Assembly: GCA_964016885.1 (NCBI GenBank)
Contig: OZ024746.1
Coordinates: forward strand, 17,856,001 to 17,920,000
Direction of reading: 5' to 3'
Source of the DNA: Eledone cirrhosa
Taxonomy: Eukaryota
DNA length: 64,000 bases
In this document: piece by piece, positions 52,771 through 63,531 of the stretch
How positions within the stretch are numbered: position 1 is the first letter of the stretch
Layout of the letters: each line of letters begins with the position of its first letter
Program-made: the position numbers and the translations under genes
The notes under the pieces: model-generated
What the model was told of the DNA's origin: nothing
The model's input: the letters and a program-made list of their open reading frames with translations, nothing else
Databases searched by the model: none

Positions 52771-54048
52771 AAACAGTGATATAGGGATATAAACTAACAC
52801 ATATATATATACTGATATACAGATAGGCAAAGACATGTACACCTAGAAACACACACAAAATACATTGACTTACACACATACACACACATATAAATATACA
52901 AACACAGACATAGAAATAAATGCAGACATTTACAAACACTCATATAGATATAAATACACAAACACATACATGTAGATAAACATAGACACAAACACAGTTA
53001 CTGAAACAATACATATACATAAATAAAGCCGCATACACGCATTCTCTCATTCACAACACACACACATATATACAAATAAACATAAACATACACACACACA
53101 CATGTACACAGATAAACAGACACATAAACACACAAACGCAAGTCAATGAGGAAGACTCTACGTGGATTTTAAACCTACTAGAAATAGCAGTGAAATCTTC
53201 AAATTACACTTTCCACTCCAATCCAAGGCCTTCTCACTTCTGTAAGAGGAAACCCTCCCTGGTTGACCTCCACTTTCTGCTGTGGTTTTGGTCATGTCAT
53301 GGTGTAGCCATAATCACCACCTTGGTCAATTGTGGGTTGGTGAAGCTATTTAACCCATAGTTGTGGTGGATGGCCTTGGGCTCAAGATTTCATCTGCCCT
53401 TTTAACAGCTCTTGTTTTTTGTGCTGCTGGGCTTGCACTTACCCTCAACACCAGAACAGGGTCTTGTGGGTAGCTGGTTTAGTTGCCAACTACTCGACCC
53501 TGAAGCAGGTTGTACTAGGTTATATGGTACCAAGAGCAGGCAGAAGCCTGACCTGATGAGACCAGAGTCTTGTGGGAACCGCCACATGACCATGAAGCAG
53601 GTTGTACTAGGTTATATGGTACCAAGAGCAGGCAGAAGCCTGACATGACCAAAACATTACATTTTACTGTCTTAGAAAAGAGGCACATTATATAATGTGA
53701 TCTTCAGTTCTTTGCACATATATAAAAGACAGGATGATCATGGCTGGAGTATTTTTGATCATAGGTCTGCTTCATTAGGGATTGTTTGGAAATCAACAAC
53801 AACCACAGACAGGATGGTCATGGCTAGAGTACTTTTGATTATAGGTCTGCTTCATCAGGGATGGTCTGGAGATAAACAACAGACACACACTCACAGAAAC
53901 ACAAACACCAAATAGAAATATTGATTTACAAACATTGACACACATACACAGTTAAATACAGAGAGAGACATACACACACATTGACATACACACACATATT
54001 GACAAACTCACAAACATATACAGGTAAACATACATACATATTGACATG

Positions 54049-54084
<36 letters not shown>

Positions 54085-54344
54085 CATACAGATAAACAAA
54101 CACACACACATATACAGATAAACACACTCGCATACTGAGTGTAGCATCTGTCCACCAGTCATGTATTCTATCCTGGACCACACACAAACACACACACCTA
54201 TTCATACATACATACATATAAACAAATAAGGACCTATATGCACATACACAGAGAAAGCGTCACATCTGTCTATCCATGGATCTTTAACACCTGATGGAGT
54301 CATAGTAGAGGTGCCATGATGACATGGGTCTGGAGAGAGGGGGG

Positions 54345-54733
54345 AGGTGGTGGTAGTAGTAGTAGTAGTGGTGGTGGTGGTGGTGGTGGTGGTGGGGATA
54401 GTAGTAGTAGTAGTGGTGTTGGTGTGTGTGGTGGTAGTAGTAGTAGTAGTGGTGTTGGTGTTGGTAGTAGTAGTAGTAGTAGTGGTGGTGGCGGTGGTGG
54501 TAGTAGTAGTAGTAGTGTTGGTGTATGTGGTGGTAGTAGTAGTAGTAGTAGTGGTGGTGGTGTTGGTAGTAGTAGTGGTGGTGGTGGTGGTAGTAGTAGT
54601 AGTAGTGGTGGTGGTGGTGGTGGTGGTGGTAGTAGTAGTGGTGGTGGTGGTGGTAGTAGTAGTAGTAGTAGTGGTGGTGGTGGTGGTGGTAGTAGTGGTA
54701 GTGTTGGTGTATGTGGTGGTAGTAGTAGTAGTG

Positions 54734-54774
<41 letters not shown>

Positions 54775-54892
54775 GGTAGTAGTAGTAGTAGTGGTGGTGG
54801 TGGCGGTGGTGGTAGTAGTAGTAGTGTTGGTGTATGTGGTGGTAGTAGTAGTAGTGGTGGTGGTGGTGTTGGTAGTAGTAGTGGTGGTGGTG

Positions 54893-54945
<53 letters not shown>

Positions 54946-55057
54946 GGTGGTGGTGGTGGTGGTGGTGGTGGTGGTAGTAGTGGTAGTGTTGGTGTATGTG
55001 GTGGTAGTAGTAGTAGTAGTGGTGGTGGTGGTAGTAGTAGTGGTAGTGTTGGTGTAT

Positions 55058-55090
<33 letters not shown>

Positions 55091-55110
55091 CTGATGGTGG
55101 TGGTAGTAAG
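54345..55110. repeat. (GGT)n/(AGT)n compound trinucleotide repeat
   Basis: Alternating tracts with recurrent gttggtgtatgt. A 21-bp repeat x5 follows at ~55190-55293. Confidence 0.95.
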
Positions 55111-55480
55111 TAGTATGAGAGTCCTGACATGGTAGCATTTGTAAAAGTGGGGTACTAAATGGTGTGTAGTGGTAGAAGGAATAGGAGGTGGGAGTAGTGA
55201 TGGTAGCAGTGGAAGTAGTGATGGTAGCAGTGGGAGTAGCGATGGTAGCAGTGGGAGTAGTGATGGTAGCAGTGGGAGTAGTGATGGTAGCAGTGTTGTT
55301 GTTTATAGTGGTAATTGAGATAGCAAATGTCTCTTAGAGATAGCACTAGTGGTAGTGGTGGTGGTGGCGATATACTAATAGTGTTATTTGTAATCATAGT
55401 AGTAGTAGTGGTGGTAGTAGTAATAATAGCTGTATTTATTAATGATCTGGGATTCATTTTCACACACACTGTATATATAT

Positions 55481-58400
55481 ACGAGTGTCGACAAATGCCC
55501 AAAACTCCGAGTTGGTACCATCAATGTAGGCTCAATGAAAGGAAGAGCAGGAGAAATCGTAGAAATGCTAGAGCGAAAGGAAGTTGATGTATGCTGTGTG
55601 CAAGAGACTAGATGGAGAGGAGGGTCTGCTAGAGTCCTTGTAGGAAAAAGCCAGTGCTACAAATTTTTCTGGGTGGGAAATGACGATGGGATGGGTGGTG
55701 TAGGTATACTATTAGCTGACAAGTGGGTAGATAAAGTAATCTCAGTGTACAGGGTAAATGCAAGAATCATTAAACTCAGACTAGTCCTGAATAAGACAAT
55801 TACCACAATAATATCAGCTTACGCACCCCAATCGGGGCTGCCAGACGAACTTAAGGATAGGTTTTACGAGTCCCTAATACACACTACTGCTCTAACAGAC
55901 GACAAGGACTTCCTAATCATTGCAGGAGATTTTAACGGACACGTAGGTAAACACTGCGACGGCTTCAATAGAGTACATGGAGGCCATGGAGTTGGCACAA
56001 GGAATGAGGAAGGATTCAGACTTCTAGAATTCTGCGACGCCAATGACATGTCGATATGTAACACAAACTTTAAAAAACCCGACAACCACCTGATCACCTA
56101 TAGATCAGGGGAGCACTCTAGTCAGTTAGATTTTATCCTCATCAGAGGACGTGACAGATGGACGGTCGTAAACACAAAAGCCTTCCCTAGTGAGGAATGT
56201 ACATCCCAACATAGCTTAGTTGTCAGCGACCTCACGGTCAGAACTAGACGAGCCCTGAAACAGAGGCCAACCTGGAGAAGAAAGATCTGGAAGCTGAAAG
56301 TCCCCTCAACCAGTAACAGATTTAAAGATATTTTACTCAACGCCTACGACAGTAAAGAAGAACAGATAGAGACATTTAACGTAGAAGAGAACTGGGAGTT
56401 CCTAAAAAATAACTTACTAGAGGCGACGGATGAGGTTTGTGGCTGGAGTAAGACCTCAAGCAGGAGGAGAGTGACTTGGTGGTGGAACAATAAGGTAGAT
56501 GAAGCAGTCAAGGCCAAGAGACAGGCATGGAAAGAATGGAAGAACGGGGGGAGCAGGGTACATTACATAGAGACCAAGAGGGAAGCTAGGCGACAAGTAT
56601 ACTTAGCTAGGAGGGAAGCAGAGGATAGAAAATTCAAGCATGTTTTACAACGTGAGGACCAGAAACAGGAGGTATTCAAGATTGCGAGGCAGTGTGTCAG
56701 AGATAGTTGTGATGTCATTGGAGAGAAGTGTATCCGGAATGATAAAGGTGAGCTTGCCCTCACAAGTGCTGAGAAGAAAGATGCATGGAAGAGTCATTAT
56801 GATAGATTACTAAATGAGGAGAATGCATGGGAAGAAGAGACCCTACCCCACGTAGACCCTATAGAGGGACCAGCAGTACAAGTCAGCGGCAGCGTAGTAA
56901 GTAAGGCAATCAGAGATATGAAGATAGGGAAGGCAACCGGTCCATCGGGTATAGCTGCCGAGATGCTGAAGGCATCTGGGTCTGTAGGTCACACTATAAC
57001 CACACGTATCGTTAACCAGGTAATACTAGAGGGGGCCATACCAAAAGATTGGTGCAGTAGCATCATTGTCAACTGCTACAAAGGTAAAGGCGATGCACTA
57101 GATAGAGGAAACTATAGAGGTATAAAGTTGATGGACCAGGTCATGAAAGTAACAGAAAGAGTTATAGCACAGCTGATTAGGGACCGGGTGAATATAGACG
57201 AGATGAAATTTGGGTTTGTTCCAGGGAAAGGCACCACTGATGCGCTCTTCCTTGTGAGGCAATTACAGGAAAAGTACCTAGCTAAAAGTAAGCCACTCTA
57301 CTTGGCATTTGTCGACCTTGAGAAAGCCTTTGACAGAGTTCCACGTGCAGTAATCTGGTGGGCTCTTAGAAAACTAGGAGTAGATGAATGGCTTGTGAAA
57401 GCGGTACAAGCCATGTATAGGGGAGCAGTCAGCAAAGTTAGGATTGGCAATGAGTATAGCGAGGAATTTAGCGTACAGGTTGGGGTCCACCAGGGCTCTG
57501 TTCTTAGCCCTCTCCTGTTCATCATAGTCCTGCAGGCAATAACGGAGGAGTTTAAGACCGGATGCCCATGGGAACTCCTGTATGCTGATGACCTCGCACT
57601 CATAGCTGAATCTATGGTAGAACTAGAGAATAAATTCCAAACCTGGAAGCAGGGACTAGAGAGAAAGGGCCTCAAAGTCAACATGACAAAGACTAAGGTC
57701 CTTATAAGTAGACGAGAAAACAGAACCCAGATCCCCTCAGGGAAATGGCCTTGCTCAGTATGTAGGAAAGGTGTAGGTAGGAACTCCATTCTTTGCCCCA
57801 AATGCAAACAATGGGTACACAAGAGATGTAGCGGGATCTCAGGAAGCTTAATTAAGAATGTAGGATTCACATGCAGCAGCTGTGCTGAAACAGCAAGCAA
57901 ACAGCCACAGGAAACAAGTACCACCAATCTCTGGGAGGGCCCTGTAGAAACAGTAGACAGCTTCTGCTACCTAGGTGACCGAATTAGCAACGGAGGTGGG
58001 TGCTCAGAAAGTACAATAACTAGGGTAAGAACGGGATGGAAGAAGTTTAGGGAACTACTACCACTGCTAGCTGCAAAAGGCTTCTTCCTCAGAATGAAAG
58101 GCAGACTGTATGATGCGTGTATCCGAACAGCGATGTTGCATGGTAGTGAGACCTGGGCGCTGAAGGTGGAAGACTTACGTAGATTAGAGAGAAACGAAGC
58201 CTGCATGCTCCGATGGATGTGTAACAGTAATATACGTGAACGACAAAGCATAAATGAATTGAGAGAGAGACTGAGCATAAGAGGAATCAAATGCTGCGTG
58301 CAGGAGAGGCGGTTACGCTGGTATGGACATGTGATGCGTATGAAGGATGACAGCTGCATAAAAAGGTGCAGAGCACTAGAAGTTGATGGAAACCGCGGAG

Positions 58401-58850
58401 TGGGGAGACCCAAGATGACTTGGGATGAGGTGATAAAAGCCGACCTTACCCAACTACACCTCTCAAAGTCAATGACACACGACCGTGACTTCTGGCGTCA
58501 CGCAGTAATACAGGGTACCCGACCTCCCATGGGTACATGCTGAAGCATATAAACAATATGCCCCCCCCCCCCCCCACCGCAAGGTGGTCGTGGAGGTGCC
58601 ACGGCAAAAAAGCACCCAGCCCACACTGTAAAGTGGACGTGTAGGCGCCACGAAAAAGCACCCAGCACTCACTGTAAATGAGGTTGGTGTTAGGAAGGGC
58701 ATCCAGCTGTAGAAATCAAGCCAGATCAGTTCCTGTATGAGCAAGGCATGGTCAGCCGACCAGACACTGCCCACAACAGGACAACCCGTCTAACCCATGC
58801 TAGCGTGGAAGAACGGACGTAAAACGGTGATGATGATGATGTGATGATGA
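55481..58850 (+). mobile_element. Near-full-length RTE-clade LINE
   Basis: Starts after (TA)n; single long ORF, 3' UTR, (GAT)n tail. Confidence 0.93.
55484..58543 (+). CDS. RTE ORF: APE + RT + PHD-like finger; native start probably lost
   Basis: GTINVG, VQETRW, GDFNGH, YRGIKL, DLEKAFD, HQGSVLSP, YADD, CSVC..CPKCKQWVHKRC..CSSC, GRPKMTW. No stops. Confidence 0.9.
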   Translation, partial: SVDKCPKLRVGTINVGSMKGRAGEIVEMLERKEVDVCCVQETRWRGGSARVLVGKSQCYKFFWVGNDDGMGGVGILLADKWVDKVISVYRVNARIIKLRLVLNKTITTIISAYAPQSGLPDELKDRFYESLIHTTALTDDKDFLIIAGDFNGHVGKHCDGFNRVHGGHGVGTRNEEGFRLLEFCDANDMSICNTNFKKPDNHLITYRSGEHSSQLDFILIRGRDRWTVVNTKAFPSEECTSQHSLVVSDLTVRTRRALKQRPTWRRKIWKLKVPSTSNRFKDILLNAYDSKEEQIETFNVEENWEFLKNNLLEATDEVCGWSKTSSRRRVTWWWNNKVDEAVKAKRQAWKEWKNGGSRVHYIETKREARRQVYLARREAEDRKFKHVLQREDQKQEVFKIARQCVRDSCDVIGEKCIRNDKGELALTSAEKKDAWKSHYDRLLNEENAWEEETLPHVDPIEGPAVQVSGSVVSKAIRDMKIGKATGPSGIAAEMLKASGSVGHTITTRIVNQVILEGAIPKDWCSSIIVNCYKGKGDALDRGNYRGIKLMDQVMKVTERVIAQLIRDRVNIDEMKFGFVPGKGTTDALFLVRQLQEKYLAKSKPLYLAFVDLEKAFDRVPRAVIWWALRKLGVDEWLVKAVQAMYRGAVSKVRIGNEYSEEFSVQVGVHQGSVLSPLLFIIVLQAITEEFKTGCPWELLYADDLALIAESMVELENKFQTWKQGLERKGLKVNMTKTKVLISRRENRTQIPSGKWPCSVCRKGVGRNSILCPKCKQWVHKRCSGISGSLIKNVGFTCSSCAETASKQPQETSTTNLWEGPVETVDSFCYLGDRISNGGGCSESTITRVRTGWKKFRELLPLLAAKGFFLRMKGRLYDACIRTAMLHGSETWALKVEDLRRLERNEACMLRWMCNSNIRERQSINELRERLSIRGIKCCVQERRLRWYGHVMRMKDDSCIKRCRALEVDGNRGVGRPKMTWDEVIKADLTQLHLSKSMTHDRDFWRHAVIQGTRPPMGTC

Positions 58851-58857
58851 TATATAT

Positions 58858-59054
58858 AACGAGGGAGTTGTGGTAAGGAACCAGATGGACCATAACACAC
58901 CAGAGTACTCAAATCTTAGGGTAGTAGAGTGGGTAATAGGAAAATGTATGACCCCGACGGCAGAGCTCAAGTCGTTTCGACGGCTATTTCAGGAGTCTAG
59001 AAATAGCCATCGAAACGGCTTGAGCTCTGCCGTCGGGGTCATACATTTTCCTAT
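58858..59054. mobile_element. Short palindromic element (family A)
   Basis: Tail 58858-58935; arms 58936-58990 / 59000-59054. Sits at the RTE tail/(TA) junction. Confidence 0.85.
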
Positions 59055-59145
59055 ATATATATATATGAAAAGATTCAAGACCCCGGCCTTTTCGACAGCT
59101 AGATCATCATCATCGTTTAACGTCCATTTCCCACGTTAGCATAGG

Positions 59146-59193
<48 letters not shown>

Positions 59194-59195
<2 letters not shown>

Positions 59196-59753
59196 CGTTT
59201 CTGAATTTGTTTAGCAAGATTCTTTATCTGAAAACGTGTGTTGAAACTGATATTGTTATACTTTGGGAGGGTCATGTTGCCAATAAGAAACACACGCACC
59301 AGTTACTTTCACTCCAATTTATTATAAATTAAATTTATAAATTTAAGAATTTATAAATTTCCGGTTGGTTGGTTGGTTCCATAACCGGACGGTTGTTCAT
59401 GTATTGTCAAAGTTCTTTCGTCACACATTCTGTGACCTCTTCAGTGACTGGGGATTCTTTTCTTTGTTGGTTGTGCCTCTCCTTTGTTCTGTCCTACGCC
59501 ATCAGAAAATGGGCGTAGGACAGAACAAAGGAGAGGCACAAAAACAAAGAATAGAATCCCCAGTCACTGAAGAGGTCACAGAATGTGTGACGAAAGAACT
59601 TTGACAATACATGAACAACCGTCCGGTTATGGAACCAACCAACCAACCGGAAATTTATAAATTCTTAAATTTATAAATTTAATTTATAATAAATTGGAGT
59701 GAAAGCAACTGGTGCGTGTGTTTCTTATTGGCAACATGACCCTCCCAAAGCAT

Positions 59754-59761
<8 letters not shown>
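59194..59761. mobile_element. Hammerhead palindrome (PLE-like) in (TA)n
   Basis: Tail 59194-59249; arms 59250-59500 / 59512-59761. Confidence 0.9.
59563..59605 (+). ncRNA. Minimal type I hammerhead ribozyme
   Basis: GTCA-CTGAAGA-g-GTCACA gaatg TGTGAC-GAAA-GaaC-T-T-TGAC. Confidence 0.75.
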
Positions 59762-59799
<38 letters not shown>

Positions 59800-59802
<3 letters not shown>

Positions 59803-60334
59803 GATAAATCTACCAAGAGTTTACGGTAGTGTCCAATCTGTATGAAGAACTCAATGTATTCCGGATATCATGGAAAGAAGAGATGTAATGAAAAACCACT
59901 TTCGGTGAAAGATAAACGGTATACAGAGTCAAGATAAAATATTAAACAAATAATGAATAAACAATTCCTTATATTAAACAAAAAAAGTTCATTATTTAAC
60001 GATCGTTTCTAGGATATATATGTGTTAGAATTGGTATGCATATTCAACAGATCTATGTACAAAATTATACAAAATTATACAAATTATCAAGATTAAATAT
60101 ACATACCAAACACATATATACGCCGTCTTCAGAAATAATTATTTCTGAAGACGGCGTATATATGTGTTTGGTATGTATATTTAATCTTGATAATTTGTAT
60201 AATTTTGTATAATTTTGTACATAGATCTGTTGAATATGCATACCAATTCTAACACATATATATCCTAGAAACGATCGTTAAATAATGAACTTTTTTTGTT
60301 TAATATAAGGAATTGTTTATTCATTATTTGTTTA

Positions 60335-60343
<9 letters not shown>
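59800..60343. mobile_element. 410-bp spacerless palindrome plus tail in (TA)n
   Basis: Arms 59934-60138 / 60139-60343 with no mismatch seen; tail 59800-59933. Confidence 0.9.
60138..60286 (+). ncRNA. Type I hammerhead ribozyme with 116-nt stem II domain
   Basis: ATTATTT-CTGAAGA-[60152-60267 long imperfect hairpin]-GAAA-CGATCG-T-T-AAATAAT. Confidence 0.7.
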
Positions 60344-60386
<43 letters not shown>

Positions 60387-60407
60387 CCATTGAATATATA
60401 TATATAT

Positions 60408-60672
60408 ATCATCATCATCATCATTTTATGTCCGCTTTTCCCTGTTTGCAGGGGTGGGATGGGTCCTACAGCAATCTGAGGTCCGCTCTCACCACCTCCG
60501 CTCATGTTTTTTGTGGTCTTCCTCTATTGTCTCTTCCTTCTCTACTGGCATTTTTTGGCACATCTTTACCCGGCGGTCATCTTCCATGTGCATCACATTT
60601 CCATACCATCGCAGTCTTCTCTCCCACATACTACAACTTATCCCTCTTATACAGTTTCTCTTTTAACTCATC
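60408..60672 (-). mobile_element. RTE LINE 3' fragment (other subfamily)
   Basis: Minus strand RRLRWYGNVMHM...GRPQKT and a (GAT)n tail. Confidence 0.75.
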
Positions 60673-61331
60673 TATAGTATCTATATATATATCTGTATGT
60701 ATATATGTATTCAAAATAAGAGGTGCACAGGACAAAGATAATGGAAAAAACAACAGAAAGTTGAACGGTCTCATCTCCTCAGTCAACCTCTGAAAATCTC
60801 TTCACCTCCTGTTAACCAATATTTTTAGATCCAGTCCACCATATATTATTTTTTCTGGTTGCAATTTTATATATATATCGGTGTCATCTTCGACATCTTC
60901 AACAATAGGCTGCTGTGATCATTTCTGGGTCAAAAACAAAAACACACTTTTTTCTTCAGTCTTTTTTTTCTTTGCTTTTTTCCTTAAAACTTCTTGCAAT
61001 ATGTTTACCATCATTCCATTGGTATACATCTATTATGCAATTTACACCTGAAGATGTCACCGGGTCCTTACACAACTTGGCTACTGAAATGTGCATAGTG
61101 TTTTCAGAAATAAATAAATAAGAAAATTCAACTTGTCCAGCCTCCTGTCATTTTACTTTTTAATATATTTAACTCCATTCCCACACCACCAGCATGATTC
61201 AACATCAAAGATGGATGAGTTGCATAACGTTGAGTGCTTTTCTCAAATTACATGATAATTAACATTGCAGAATGACCAATTCTACCCAGTGGTAAACCAC
61301 CAAATTTAAACGTTCTATATATAGATAGATA

Positions 61332-62623
61332 TGTTTCTTTTATTTGCCACCAGGGCATCAAAAGTGGGACAAGTACAATGGGGGGAGTTTACAAAACAAG
61401 GCGTCCTCAATATGGAGGAGGCAATAACAAAATATAAAAATAAAATAAAATATAACAAAAAATAAAATTTATAACAAAATCCTCAATAGAGAGGAGGCGC
61501 CTTGGGGGGTCGCACACACCCCCGAAAAAAGTGTGCAACCCTTCTCCTCAGGAGCACAGAGAGGGGGTGCTCCCTCGTTCCTTCCTCTTTCCACCTACAG
61601 GCTTATGTAAAGAGAAGGCCCATTCACACGGGCCATTCTCGCCACTTTCACCCACCTTTCATAAAATCGACTGGGGTGGAGCACCTCTCTCTCCATCCTG
61701 ATCCTTCTCCCGAAATGATATCGGAAGAAACGGACCAGTTGTTGGCCAGAGAGAAAGGTGCCTGACCTCAGTCCTTTCAGACGCGTCCACCATACAACTT
61801 CTTTCACCATGGCTATTAAGCACAGAAACACCGCCTCTTCTTCATCTTTGAAGGGGGGAGGCGGCTTGATCATTACAATAGACTCGGTGGTCAACCGGAT
61901 CGGTCCCACCCTTGACAGCAGTTGTTCGACATAGACCCACAGATCGGCTACACCTGAGCAGTGTACCAATGCGTGTGCAACGGTTTCCTCGTCGCACACA
62001 CATCTGGGACAGATATTTTTGGCAGGGTCCCTACCCAGGCGCCCGTGTCTGTAGAGCTTTTCTCGAACGGGTAGAGCCCCTCGGTAGCACTGCCAGGCCA
62101 GGGACTTCTGGAAGTTGTCCATAGGTCCCGGGCTGAATGTCCTACCGAACAGGCTGGCCAGTTCGTCTTCCTCCATGTCTAGGGCTTCTCCGAGGGCGTC
62201 GTCGCACCTGCTGCGTACCAGCCCTCTATAGAATGTTGCAGTGGAGTCTCCACTGATAACCGGATCCGCCTGCCAGAGGACAGTGAGCGCCTGGGCACAC
62301 TCAGTGTGCCAGGCGCCCAGTTTTCTCGGTCTTTGCTTGACCCAGGATTGCAGCTCGGTGAGTGAGACGAGTCTGGGAAAGGTTCGTCTCACAAGCGAGG
62401 CCCACACCAGTTGACCGGTGAGGAATACGTGGAGGTGCCATAGCCTTAATGCGTGTTTACGCATCATTAGCCACGGCATCCCCAGCCCTCCTTTCGAAGG
62501 GTGTTGACAGCAGATGGATCTCCTCACCAAGGGAGCCCGCCTCTTCCAAAGGAATTGGAAGAGCGCGCGCTCCATCTTGGCGAGGGTTTCCCTTGGGCAA
62601 GGCACTACGGTCAGGCGGTAGTA
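61332..62623 (-). mobile_element. 5'-truncated Tx1-clade LINE in (GATA)n
   Basis: Same family and same 3' junction as 48243-50683. ORF2 C-terminus open from [10 protein letters not shown] to the stop at 61595-61597. Confidence 0.92.
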
Positions 62624-63173
62624 GATAGATAGATAGATATACATACTTACATACATATATATGTACATATCATCATCATCATCATCATCGTTTAACATCT
62701 ATCTTTAATGCTAGCATGGGTTAGACGGAGTTGTCCCAATTTGAGGCAAGGTCAGGTGGGTGACCATGTCTCGCTTGTATAGGACTATCTGGCAGGTTTT
62801 CTATGGCAGGATGCCCTTCCTAACACCAACCACATTTACAGTGTGGCCTGGGAGGTTTTTACCATGTTACCTACACAGCCACATTATACACTTTTGGCTA
62901 TATGCAACGCACCAATCAGTAAACTGTAACTTATTAGAAATATGATACTGAAAGGGTTAATAAATTGATTTTTAACATTGGTACAAGATTACAGTATAAT
63001 TAAGGATTTAATTGGTCCCCAGTATCTAACTGGTACTTTATTTTACTAACTTTGAAGGGCAAAGTTGACCTCAGCAAGACTGAAACTTGTAAATAAAAAT
63101 AACTCAATAACCATAAGGAGGTTTGTGTGACACATTACCATTTCTTCTTGCTGTCTAGCAATGTTGGACAATG

Positions 63174-63455
63174 TGGAGGCATGTGACTTAGTGGTAAGGA
63201 TGTTGGACTTACAATCATAATGTCATGGGTTCGATTTCTGAATTGGATTATGGTTGTGTTATTGAGAACAACACTTCATTTCACATTGCGCCAGAATAAT
63301 CATCTGAAAATGAGTACCTGCAGTAACTGGGGGTTTAAGCTTGCGATGGACTGGCGTCCTATCCAGATGGGGTCTTGTAGTCTCAGCCCCTTCATGCCAT
63401 AGAAACTGGGATAAGCACTGGCCTGATGAGCTTCTGGGCTCAAAACAGGCTTTAG
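63174..63455 (+). mobile_element. Full-length tRNA-derived SINE
   Basis: A-box tgacttagtgg, B-box ggttcgatttc, body gcgatggactggcgtcctatccag, LINE-like tail. 3' fragment at 32515-32630. Confidence 0.8.
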
Positions 63456-63494
63456 AGACTTTAAAATGTTAACCAAACATATTTCCTTATGTAA

Positions 63495-63531
<37 letters not shown>

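Noticed and set aside
54284-55138. Gly/Ser-, His/Tyr-, Pro/Leu- and poly-Val ORFs
   Set aside because: Open frames arise automatically from the GGT/AGT repeat; no unique coding flanks or signal peptide.
63420-63452. CTGATGAGC..GCTC as a hammerhead (also at 32600 and 32112)
   Set aside because: No GAAA/UH or stem I pairing; the 63420 and 32600 copies are a SINE 3' tail stem-loop.
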